Below are positions 19,848 to 28,474 of a stretch of 64,000 nucleotides of DNA, in pieces. The notes beneath the pieces were generated by a model that saw nothing but the letters and a program-made list of their open reading frames with translations, was not told where the DNA came from and ran no database searches. This stretch comes from Bacteroidota bacterium (lineage in GTDB: Bacteria > Bacteroidota > Bacteroidia > Flavobacteriales > Schleiferiaceae). The stretch lies in the NCBI GenBank assembly GCA_041164065.1, contig JBEAQE010000003.1, positions 170,912 to 234,911 of the forward strand, in the 5' to 3' direction. A program made the position numbers and the translations under genes. Position 1 is the stretch's first letter, and each line of letters begins with the position of its first letter.

Positions 19848-19882
19848 TGCCTGTAAAATCGGCGACAGATTAAATACGAGAG

Positions 19883-20836
19883 ATGAGCTTTTTCAATCGA
19901 TTCTTTACCCCAAAGAAAAAGGAGACCTTAGACAAGGGTCTGGAGAAAACACGAACGAGTGTCTTCGAGAAAATTTCACGCGCTATTGCCGGTAAGAGTA
20001 CCGTTGATGAGGAGGTTCTCGATGAGATCGAAGAGGCACTAATAACCTCTGACGTCGGGCTCGATACGACTGTGAAAATTATTGAGGCTTTGGAAGAGCG
20101 TGTTTCTCGCGACAAATTCATGAGTCAGGACGAGCTCATGGAGATGCTTCATGAAATAATCTCTGGATTGATGAATCATCAAGAAGGCGGTTGGGAAGAT
20201 TTTGAACTTCCCGAAACCCAAAGACCGTACGTTTTGATGGTGGTAGGTGTCAATGGGGTTGGTAAGACCACGACTATTGGTAAGCTCGCGAACCAATTCA
20301 AGAATAAAGGCTACAAAGTGGTGCTTGGGGCAGCCGATACGTTCCGTGCAGCAGCCATTGAACAATTGGGCGTTTGGGGAGAACGAACAGGTGTCCCCGT
20401 AGTGAAGCAGCAAATGGGCTCTGATCCAGCGTCAGTAGCGTATGATACCTTACAGCACGCGGTCAGCAAGGGTGCGGATATTGCGATCATTGATACTGCC
20501 GGTCGTTTGCACAACAAGACCAACCTTATGAACGAACTCTCAAAGGTTCGTCGTGTTATGGATAAGGTCATACCCGGTGCCCCTCATGAAGTATTGTTGG
20601 TGTTGGACGGTTCTACTGGACAGAACGCACTGCTTCAAGCTAAGGCCTTTGCAGAGGCGACTCAAATCACTTCGTTGGCCGTAACCAAATTGGACGGTAC
20701 GGCTAAAGGTGGTGTGGTCATTGGAATCTCTGACCAATTAAATATTCCGGTGAAATTCATCGGGGTAGGTGAAGGAATCGACGATTTACAACTTTTTAAC
20801 CCGCAGGCTTTTGCCTCGAGTTTGTTCCAAAAATAG
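19883..20836 (+). CDS. ftsY: signal recognition particle-docking protein FtsY (short form)
   Basis: 317 aa with SRP-GTPase NG-domain motifs GVNGVGKTTTIGKLA, DTAGRLHN and TKLDGTAKGG. Confidence 0.95.
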   Translation: MSFFNRFFTPKKKETLDKGLEKTRTSVFEKISRAIAGKSTVDEEVLDEIEEALITSDVGLDTTVKIIEALEERVSRDKFMSQDELMEMLHEIISGLMNHQEGGWEDFELPETQRPYVLMVVGVNGVGKTTTIGKLANQFKNKGYKVVLGAADTFRAAAIEQLGVWGERTGVPVVKQQMGSDPASVAYDTLQHAVSKGADIAIIDTAGRLHNKTNLMNELSKVRRVMDKVIPGAPHEVLLVLDGSTGQNALLQAKAFAEATQITSLAVTKLDGTAKGGVVIGISDQLNIPVKFIGVGEGIDDLQLFNPQAFASSLFQK

Positions 20837-20843
20837 AATTGGG

Positions 20844-22160
20844 ATGCGCACAAAGACGACAAAGAAGAACAGCATAAACGTAGTGACCTTAGGTTGCTCG
20901 AAGAATATTTATGATTCTGAAGTGCTCATGGGGCAGCTCAAGGCGAGCGGCAAAGAGGTGACTCACGAGGCACCCGAGCATGAAGAAGGCAATATTATCG
21001 TGATCAATACATGTGGCTTTATCGATAACGCGAAGCAAGAGAGTATTGATACCATTTTGCATTACGCGGATAAGAAAGAACGTGGTGAGGTGGATCATGT
21101 ATATGTTACGGGTTGTTTGAGCGAGCGCTACAAGCCAGATCTCGAGCGCGAAATTCCGGATGTCGATGCCTATTTCGGGACACGTGATATGCCTTTGCTG
21201 TTGAAGACGTTGGGGGCGGACTACAAGCACGAATTGGTAGGGGAGCGTATGACGACTACTCCGCGTCACTTTGCCTATCTAAAGATTAGCGAGGGATGTG
21301 ATCGTCCATGCAGTTTCTGTGCGATTCCGTTGATGCGCGGTGGTCACCGTTCGACGCCGATTGAGGATTTGGTGGCGGAAGCAACGAAATTGGCGGCTAA
21401 AGGAACGACGGAATTGATTCTTATTGCACAAGATTTGACCTACTATGGTTTAGATCTCTATAAAGAGCGCAAGTTGGCGGCACTTTTGAAGGAGCTAGTG
21501 AAGGTTGAGGGTATTGAATGGATTCGCTTGCACTATTTGTTCCCTACCGGGTTCCCGGAAGACGTTTTGGACGTTATTCGTGAGGAACCGAAAGTCTGTC
21601 ACTACATCGATATTCCACTTCAGCACATTGCCGATCCGGTGCTTAAAAGTATGCGCCGCGGTACCACAAAGGCCAAGACGGATGCCTTATTGGCCAAGAT
21701 GCGTGAAAAAGTGCCGGGCATTACTATTCGTACAACGCTGATCGTAGGTTACCCCGGTGAAACGGAGGAGGACCACCAGGTGTTGTTGGATTGGGTGAAG
21801 GAGCAACGATTTGATCGCTTGGGGGTTTTTGCCTACAGTCATGAAGAAAATACCCATGCTTATAATCTTGATGACGATGTGCCGGCGGAAGTGAAGCAAC
21901 AGCGTGTAGAAGATGTGATGGCTTTGCAGATGGGGATTTCAAGGGAATTGAACAGTGCCAAAGTGGGCAAGGAATTCCGCGTACTCATTGATCGCAAGGA
22001 GGGAGGCTACTTTATCGGTCGTACGGAGTTTGACAGTCCGGATGTGGATAACGAAGTGCTCATTCCTGCCGCGGACGTTTACCTCAAGGTCGGCGAGTTC
22101 TGCAAGGTGCGCATCGAGGAGGCTCACGACTACGATCTTATTGGAAAATTGGTGGATTAA
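20844..22160 (+). CDS. rimO: ribosomal protein S12 methylthiotransferase RimO
   Basis: ORF 20769..22160 overlaps the ftsY 3' end. The ATG at 20844 (MRTKTTKKNSINVVTLGCSKN) sits 8 nt after the ftsY stop. It has the radical-SAM motif CDRPCSFCAIP and a C-terminal TRAM domain. Confidence 0.9.
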   Translation: MRTKTTKKNSINVVTLGCSKNIYDSEVLMGQLKASGKEVTHEAPEHEEGNIIVINTCGFIDNAKQESIDTILHYADKKERGEVDHVYVTGCLSERYKPDLEREIPDVDAYFGTRDMPLLLKTLGADYKHELVGERMTTTPRHFAYLKISEGCDRPCSFCAIPLMRGGHRSTPIEDLVAEATKLAAKGTTELILIAQDLTYYGLDLYKERKLAALLKELVKVEGIEWIRLHYLFPTGFPEDVLDVIREEPKVCHYIDIPLQHIADPVLKSMRRGTTKAKTDALLAKMREKVPGITIRTTLIVGYPGETEEDHQVLLDWVKEQRFDRLGVFAYSHEENTHAYNLDDDVPAEVKQQRVEDVMALQMGISRELNSAKVGKEFRVLIDRKEGGYFIGRTEFDSPDVDNEVLIPAADVYLKVGEFCKVRIEEAHDYDLIGKLVD

Positions 22161-22203
22161 TAACGCCTTTTCGTAGCTAATATCACGTCCATCGTCGGTG
22201 GTT

Positions 22204-22223
22204 TGTGCCATTTTTGTGGCACA
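22204..22223 (+). promoter_or_regulatory. perfect 7-6-7 palindrome TGTGCCA-N6-TGGCACA upstream of cydA (candidate operator)
   Basis: Read directly: the half-sites are at 22204-22210 and 22217-22223. The element ends 20 nt before the cydA ATG, and no U-tract follows. Confidence 0.4.
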
Positions 22224-22243
22224 ATACTAACTCAATCCACCAT

Positions 22244-23620
22244 ATGGACGTCGAAATTCTCGCTCGGATACAGTTCGCCTTTACGGTCGCCTTTCATTAC
22301 ATCTATCCGCCGCTTTCCATCGGATTGGGCCTATTAATGGTCATCTTCGAGGGCAGTTTCCTTCGCACTGGGAAAGAGGTTTATCACAAATTGGCCCGTT
22401 TTTGGACCAAGATTTTTGCCTTGACTTTCGGTATTGGTGTAGCGACCGGGATTGTCATGGAGTTCGAGTTTGGGACGAATTGGGCCGTTTACTCGCGCTT
22501 CGTTGGTGATATCTTCGGATCCGCATTGGCCGCAGAAGGGTTGTTTGCCTTCGCTTTAGAAAGTGGTTTCTTGGGCATCTTGATTTTCGGCTGGAACCGC
22601 GTGAGCAATCGCATGCACTTTATCGCTACTCTCGGCGTTTGGTTGGGATCCATGTTCTCCGCAGTTTGGATTGTTGTGGCCAATTCTTGGCAGCAAACTC
22701 CCGCAGGTTTCCACCTCGTAGGCGAAGGCATGAACGTACGCGCCGAGGTGACCGATTTTTGGGCGATGGTGTTCAACCCATCATCCGTCGATCGCCTAAC
22801 GCATACCTGGATTGGTGCCTTCCTTGCCGGAGGGTTTTTAGTGGTGAGTGTTCATGCATGGTACCTGCTCAAGGGCAAGCACATTGATATCAGTAAAACC
22901 GCCTTAAAGATTGCCATGCCATTTGTGATGGTGGTGAGTTTGTTGCAATTGGTTACCGGACATCACAGTGCAGATGGCGTGGCTGAGAATCAGCCTGCGA
23001 AATTGGCTGCGCTAGAAGGGCATTACAAGGATACAGCGGCCGCCGATATGTATATCATGGGGTGGGTCGATCAGGAAAACCAGAAGGTTAGTGGATTCAA
23101 GGTCCCTGGCGGGTTGAGTTTCCTCTTGGAGTATGATTTCGAACATCCTGTGCCTGGTTTGAACGCCTTCCCGGAAGATGAGCGCCCGAAGCAGGTAAAC
23201 GCCGTGTTCCAATTCTACCATCTAATGGTCGCCATCGGAATGACTTTGATAGGTCTAGGTCTGCTTGGAACATTTATGGTGTGGCGAGGGAAACTCTGGG
23301 ACAACAAACTGTTGTTGCGCATTTTTGTGTTGAGCGCCATCTTGCCTCAGCTCGCGAACCAGTTCGGTTGGTTTGCTGCTGAAATGGGCCGCCAGCCGTG
23401 GGTAGTTTATGGATTACTCCGCACTTCAGAGGCCTTCTCATTGGCTGTGAGCCAGAGTCAATTGGTATTCTCACTGATTCTCTTCGCGGTAATATATACG
23501 CTGTTATTCTCCTTATTTGTGTACTTATTAAACAAGAAGATCAAACACGGACCGGACGATACCACCCTTCGTGATTACCGTCCAAAACAAGCCTCTACCT
23601 CTAAATTTTACGAAGCCTAA
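22244..23620 (+). CDS. cydA: cytochrome bd ubiquinol oxidase subunit I
   Basis: Trimmed to the ATG at 22244 (MDVEILARIQFAFTVAFHYIYPPLSIG). It has the conserved GRQPWVVYG motif and multiple TM helices. Confidence 0.93.
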   Translation: MDVEILARIQFAFTVAFHYIYPPLSIGLGLLMVIFEGSFLRTGKEVYHKLARFWTKIFALTFGIGVATGIVMEFEFGTNWAVYSRFVGDIFGSALAAEGLFAFALESGFLGILIFGWNRVSNRMHFIATLGVWLGSMFSAVWIVVANSWQQTPAGFHLVGEGMNVRAEVTDFWAMVFNPSSVDRLTHTWIGAFLAGGFLVVSVHAWYLLKGKHIDISKTALKIAMPFVMVVSLLQLVTGHHSADGVAENQPAKLAALEGHYKDTAAADMYIMGWVDQENQKVSGFKVPGGLSFLLEYDFEHPVPGLNAFPEDERPKQVNAVFQFYHLMVAIGMTLIGLGLLGTFMVWRGKLWDNKLLLRIFVLSAILPQLANQFGWFAAEMGRQPWVVYGLLRTSEAFSLAVSQSQLVFSLILFAVIYTLLFSLFVYLLNKKIKHGPDDTTLRDYRPKQASTSKFYEA

Positions 23621-23623
23621 GCC

Positions 23624-24679
23624 ATGGACTACGCAACAATATATACTTCGACAATATTTGGACTGGATTACCCCACGCTATGGTTCCTCGTAGTAGGAGG
23701 AGTGTTTTCAGGGTACGCTATTCTGGATGGTTTTGATCTCGGTGCAGGAGCCTTGCACTTGTTCTTTAAAAAGGAAGAAAACCGCCGTGTGGCTCTTAAT
23801 GCCGTGGGGCCTGTATGGGATGGTAATGAGGTATGGCTGGTCATCGGTGGGGGTACGCTCTTTGCCGGTTTTCCTAAGGTCTATGCTTCACTTTTCTCCG
23901 GGCTTTACGTGCCGTTCATGCTTTTCGTAGCGCTCTTGATTTTTCGCGCGGTATCCATCGAATTTCGTTCAAAAGAGCCGATGGCTTGGTGGCGTAAGAC
24001 TTGGGATACGGTTTATATGGTGAGCTCAACCGGATTGGCCATTGCTCTGGGTGCAGTGATGGGAAATGTATTGCAAGGTATTCCGATTAACGAGGCCGGG
24101 GATTATGTTGGGAATGGATGGGATTTCTTGAATCCTTATGCCATCCTCGTCGGGTTGACGACGTTGGCCATGTTTATGATGCACGGTGCCCTGTATTTGG
24201 CGCTAAAGACAGAAGGGGCCATGAATGAGTTTGTGGGAATCTGGGTGAAACGCTCCATCATTGCGTTTATCATCATGTTTATCCTCACGACTGGGTATAC
24301 CATGTTGTTTGTCGACCATATGGTTGATCGCATGAAAGAGATTCCGGCGTTCTTGTTGGTGCCTGTAGTGGCCTTGTTGAGTATTGCTAATATCCCTCGT
24401 TTGGTGGAAAAGCGGAATTGGACCATGGCCTTCGTCTTTAGCGCACTTACCGTGAGTATGATGTTTGTGCTCTCCGCAATAGGGTTATACCCCACATTGC
24501 TTATTAGCACGGTAGATCCAGCATACAGTTTGGACGTTTATAATAGTGCGGCTAGTCAAAAAACTTTGGGCATTATGTTGCTCATGGCGGGCATCGGCGC
24601 ACCGCTGGTTTTGTTGTACACATTCATTGTGTATAGATCCTTTAGAGGCACCGTTAAAATAGACGAACACTCCTATTAG
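23624..24679 (+). CDS. cydB: cytochrome bd ubiquinol oxidase subunit II
   Basis: 351 aa polytopic protein starting 3 nt after cydA. It has the typical motifs LDGFDLGAG and WDGNEVWL. Confidence 0.92.
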   Translation: MDYATIYTSTIFGLDYPTLWFLVVGGVFSGYAILDGFDLGAGALHLFFKKEENRRVALNAVGPVWDGNEVWLVIGGGTLFAGFPKVYASLFSGLYVPFMLFVALLIFRAVSIEFRSKEPMAWWRKTWDTVYMVSSTGLAIALGAVMGNVLQGIPINEAGDYVGNGWDFLNPYAILVGLTTLAMFMMHGALYLALKTEGAMNEFVGIWVKRSIIAFIIMFILTTGYTMLFVDHMVDRMKEIPAFLLVPVVALLSIANIPRLVEKRNWTMAFVFSALTVSMMFVLSAIGLYPTLLISTVDPAYSLDVYNSAASQKTLGIMLLMAGIGAPLVLLYTFIVYRSFRGTVKIDEHSY

Positions 24680-24685
24680 ATGCGT

Positions 24686-24693
24686 TATCTTTG
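24686..24693 (+). promoter_or_regulatory. -7 promoter box TATCTTTG directly upstream of the LysM gene
   Basis: Perfect TAnnTTTG ending 5 nt before the ATG at 24699. Confidence 0.35.
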
Positions 24694-25757
24694 TGTTCAT
24701 GCGCAAAGAAATTCGTCTCATTTTTAGTCTGATTTTCGTTCTAGCTTTTCATGTGAAAGGCATAGCAGCCACCGGCGAATTCATGGTGCTGGACACTGTT
24801 GACGTAGCCTTAAGTGATGGTGCATGGAAGGTGCTTCGTTATCCGGGGACTTTTGAGCCAGCGGGTTGGGAGCACACAGAGGCTCCTGCATTGACGAGGG
24901 TCCAGGCGGTCCGTTTGGGGCTTGTGGTAAATGAGTGGTTGGACGAGCGCTTTGATCCTGTGAAAGGAAAAATTGCGACGCTTAAATATTACGGAATCCC
25001 TACACCAAAAGTGGAGCGAAGCTCCTGGTCCACCGATGCCGGGGATGTGCTGCTCAGTGATTTAGCAGATTTTGCCGGTGTACCCTTGCGAATCATAGAA
25101 AATGCCAATCCTCATTTACGCCGTGATGTTTTGCCCAGAGGGGCAATATTGTACGGTGTGGGTGTTGAGGTAAGCGCTGATCAAGAAAGGAATTGGGCAG
25201 CGAAACAAAAGGGGTATCAAGAGGAGCTCGTTGCGCAGTATGAACGCCGCCGCAAGCAGATCATGTCATTCTTGCCCGACCCTCAGACTCACGAGAGTAT
25301 AACTTATGTGGTGCGCAGTGGTGATTACCTTGGACGAATTAGCACAAAGACAGGAGCGTCTATTGAGGATCTGCGAAAGTGGAACAGGATTAATGGAAAT
25401 ACCATTTATGCTGGTCAGAAACTTGTCGTTTGGGTGCCTAAATCCACCAGTTCGAAGGTTAATGAACAAATAGCAGCGCAGCAGGAGACGACAGAATCCG
25501 TTGAAACGCCTGTTATCCTTGAAAAGTCGTCCGAGTCAAAAGAATTGGCCACTGCGGCTCCTGAGGATTGCATCGTATATCGTGTTAAGGAAGGGGATAC
25601 CTTATGGGGTATCGCTTCGAAGTTTCCTGGAGTCAGTGCAGACAACATCAAGGAGTGGAATAAGATAGATGAATTGATCAAGGCGGGGCAGTCTTTGAAA
25701 ATCAACAAACAAATGATCTCAGATTACAGCCCTGATAAATACCCAAGTACACTGTAG
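24693..25757 (+). CDS. LysM peptidoglycan-binding domain protein (secreted)
   Basis: The ORF starts at a GTG (24693) and the first ATG is at 24699. It has a signal peptide and two clear LysM repeats (YVVRSGDYLGRISTKTGASIEDLRKWNRINGNTIYAGQKLVVWVP; YRVKEGDTLWGIASKFPGVSADNIKEWNKIDELIKAGQSLKI). Confidence 0.85.
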   Translation: MFMRKEIRLIFSLIFVLAFHVKGIAATGEFMVLDTVDVALSDGAWKVLRYPGTFEPAGWEHTEAPALTRVQAVRLGLVVNEWLDERFDPVKGKIATLKYYGIPTPKVERSSWSTDAGDVLLSDLADFAGVPLRIIENANPHLRRDVLPRGAILYGVGVEVSADQERNWAAKQKGYQEELVAQYERRRKQIMSFLPDPQTHESITYVVRSGDYLGRISTKTGASIEDLRKWNRINGNTIYAGQKLVVWVPKSTSSKVNEQIAAQQETTESVETPVILEKSSESKELATAAPEDCIVYRVKEGDTLWGIASKFPGVSADNIKEWNKIDELIKAGQSLKINKQMISDYSPDKYPSTL

Positions 25758-25760
25758 GGA

Positions 25761-27233
25761 ATGAACAACCCAAAACAACTTTTCGGGTTCTTAGTATTCT
25801 TAGGTCTCAGTGTCTTTGGCCTGAGTTTATTGACCCCGAAAACGGCTTTCGAAATAGGTCCTTTTGAACTGAGCTATTACACCCCAAAGGAACTTGTTGG
25901 CCCCTTATGGCGTGCGGAGGCTGCACCAATCCTGGATACCATTGCAGTTGATTTTATCGATTCCACTGAGGTTACGACGGTCGTTGAGGAAGAAAAAGTT
26001 GTCTTAGATACCCTGATTCAAGTTCGTCAGGCGACGGATTTTGCGAATTATTTTGAGGCGCTGAAGGCGCTGAAGCAGGGGCAAAGATCGAATGTCAGGA
26101 TTATCCACTATGGCGATAGTCAGCTTGAAGGCGATAGAATTTCTTCGCAACTTAGGGATGCATTACAGCGGGAATATGGCGGTAAAGGCTTTGGTTGGGT
26201 AGCACTCGATCCTTTGGTGGCCCCGGCTTCTTTAGAGTTTAAGAACGCCCTGGGGCTCCAACGAAAAACGGCCTTTGGACGCCGGGATACAGCCATCAAG
26301 GATTCGCGATATGGTCATTTGGCCAGCTTCACAGCATTGGAGCATGAACAGGGACTCTATGTGGGGCAAATCAGTTTTCAACGACGTAATTGGGGGTATA
26401 CTCGGGCGAAGAATTTCACTAAGCTAAGGATCGATATGGAGGGGCGAGCGGAAAAATCGGTCCTAGTGATTTCTGGCGATACGGTCTACAGTCTATTGAA
26501 CGTCCCAGGCGGGTCCTCCGTGCACTCACTTAATTTTCCAGCGGAGAATGAGTTTACTTTGCGCATTGAATCAAAGGATTCGGTACGCGTATTTGGGCTC
26601 AGTTTTGAGTCTACGAGTGGCTTGTGGGTCGATAATGTGGCAATGCGTGGTGCTAGCGGGATGATGTTTACGAAGTTGGATGAAAACCAATTCCAGCGCA
26701 CGCTACGTCGCGAACAGTATAGCTTGATCATTCTCCAGTTTGGCGGAAATGCAGTGCCGTATCTTCGAGATGCTGCACATGCTCGACAGTTCGCTCGGTC
26801 TGCCGGGCGACAAGTTGATGCCATTCAACGCCTTTATCCAGAAGCGGCCATCCTTTACATCGGACCTTCCGATATGGCTCGCAAGAATGGTTTGGTCATG
26901 GAAAGTTATCCGTTGATCGTAAATTTGAAAACATCGCTTCGTAAGGAAATGCTCCGCCGTGGATGCGGGTATTGGGATCTCTATGATGTAATGGGGGGTG
27001 AGGGTTCCATGGTACGCTGGGTGGATATGGAACCAGCCTTCGCGGTGAAGGATTACATCCATTTTACCCCTTACGGTGCGAAATGGGTTGGAGAGGCGTT
27101 GGAGACAGCGTTGAAGGAATTGGGCACCCGCTATGAAAAGGAATTGATTCAGCATCGTGCCGCTCAGGCGCGAAAGCAAGATAGTATCACCAGGTTGAAC
27201 CAAGCCACGGGGGCGGATTCTAATGCACGATGA
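25761..27233 (+). CDS. membrane-anchored SGNH/GDSL-type hydrolase or acyltransferase
   Basis: 490 aa with an N-terminal TM helix. SGNH blocks are present: IIHYGDSQLEGD (block I), QFGGNA (block III) and DYIHFTPYG (block V, DxxH). Confidence 0.75.
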   Translation: MNNPKQLFGFLVFLGLSVFGLSLLTPKTAFEIGPFELSYYTPKELVGPLWRAEAAPILDTIAVDFIDSTEVTTVVEEEKVVLDTLIQVRQATDFANYFEALKALKQGQRSNVRIIHYGDSQLEGDRISSQLRDALQREYGGKGFGWVALDPLVAPASLEFKNALGLQRKTAFGRRDTAIKDSRYGHLASFTALEHEQGLYVGQISFQRRNWGYTRAKNFTKLRIDMEGRAEKSVLVISGDTVYSLLNVPGGSSVHSLNFPAENEFTLRIESKDSVRVFGLSFESTSGLWVDNVAMRGASGMMFTKLDENQFQRTLRREQYSLIILQFGGNAVPYLRDAAHARQFARSAGRQVDAIQRLYPEAAILYIGPSDMARKNGLVMESYPLIVNLKTSLRKEMLRRGCGYWDLYDVMGGEGSMVRWVDMEPAFAVKDYIHFTPYGAKWVGEALETALKELGTRYEKELIQHRAAQARKQDSITRLNQATGADSNAR

Positions 27234-28474
27234 GAAATAAACTAATAATCATTTTGGCTTTTGTGCTTCAGCAGTTCGTTATTTCTGCGCAGAGTGAGTT
27301 AGGAAAAATTCTGCTTAAGTACCCTTTCATAGATACTGCGCACAGCCATTTACAATTCTATGGCTCTTCTCAGGGGATGGAAGACTTCTTCACAAAATTA
27401 GACCGTGCTATTTTCTTGGGAGAGGGCAAGGTCAATGTGGTTCATATGGGAGGTTCTCACGTGCAAGGCGGGACGTTAAGCCATACGCTTCGCAAGAACA
27501 TGGCAGTTTTGGCACCGGAATTAGGCGTGGAGCGCGGATTTTTCTTCCCTCACAAACTCGCCAATACTAACATGCCCGGCAACCTTTATGTCAAGAAAAT
27601 AGGCAATTGGGAAGGGTGCAGAAATAGTATACTTCGCAATGATTGCCCTTGGGGCATAAGTGGCATCGACGCCATTACCTACGATGAAAATGCAGGTTGG
27701 GTTATGCAAAGTTTTTCCGACGGATCAACTACCTATTCGTTTACCGAGCTACGGATTTTTGAGCATGTACAAACCAATACTATGGTTCCTGTTGCTTCCC
27801 CCGCGCCAGACAGTGTGGCTATTGATTTAGAGGCAGGGGTGCGTCGCCTGTTCTATCATCAACCCATTGACAGTGTGGCCATTCATTTTGAACATAATGA
27901 CACACTGGACCCGCAGTACACCTTACAAGGCGTGCAGATGGTGCGTGAGGAAAGCGCTTTAGTCTACCATGCAATAGGGGTAAACGGCGCAAGTACGGAA
28001 AGCTTTCTGCGCAGTGAGAACTTTATTGAACAAGGGCGTTATCTCAGCCCTGATCTGGTGATTTTTGGGTTGGGGATTAATGATGCGTACAAACCCGACA
28101 GTGAATGGGATCCTCAAGCGTACAAGGAGCGCTATGATACCTTGGTCATGATGTTCCGCAAGATGAACCCAGCATGCCAATTCATTTTTATGACGAATAA
28201 TGATAGCTACTACAAGCGGCGTAGTGCGAATAAACATGCGTTGGATGTCGTAGAGGTAATGAAGGGATTGAGCAAAGAGCACAATGCGGCGATGTGGGAT
28301 CTTTTTTCGACCATGGGCGGGCTCAATAGTATTTTGCTATGGGAGGAGAACGGACTCGCGAAAAGCGATAAAATTCATTTCACACGTGCCGGGTATGAGC
28401 TCAATGCTGATTTGATGTTTTGGGCTTTTTGGGAGGCGTATGAAAAACATTTGAAATCCTTGCCGACATGGTAG
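27230..28474 (+). CDS. secreted SGNH/GDSL-like hydrolase (block I variant GGS)
   Basis: 414 aa with a signal peptide. Motifs are VVHMGGSHVQGG, GLGINDAY and DKIHFTRAGY. Its start overlaps the preceding gene's stop (ATGA). Confidence 0.7.
   Translation: MRNKLIIILAFVLQQFVISAQSELGKILLKYPFIDTAHSHLQFYGSSQGMEDFFTKLDRAIFLGEGKVNVVHMGGSHVQGGTLSHTLRKNMAVLAPELGVERGFFFPHKLANTNMPGNLYVKKIGNWEGCRNSILRNDCPWGISGIDAITYDENAGWVMQSFSDGSTTYSFTELRIFEHVQTNTMVPVASPAPDSVAIDLEAGVRRLFYHQPIDSVAIHFEHNDTLDPQYTLQGVQMVREESALVYHAIGVNGASTESFLRSENFIEQGRYLSPDLVIFGLGINDAYKPDSEWDPQAYKERYDTLVMMFRKMNPACQFIFMTNNDSYYKRRSANKHALDVVEVMKGLSKEHNAAMWDLFSTMGGLNSILLWEENGLAKSDKIHFTRAGYELNADLMFWAFWEAYEKHLKSLPTW

Noticed and set aside
20769-20843. 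5' extensions of ORF-track entries (rimO 20769, cydA 22205, SulP 32104, sulfurtransferase 42735, symporter 56738, alpha/beta hydrolase 4611)
   Set aside because: In each case the extension overlaps the upstream gene or a tRNA. An internal ATG gives the N-terminus typical of the family.
26703-27203. 166-aa minus-strand ORF
   Set aside because: It is antisense to the first SGNH gene within a tightly coupled plus-strand operon.
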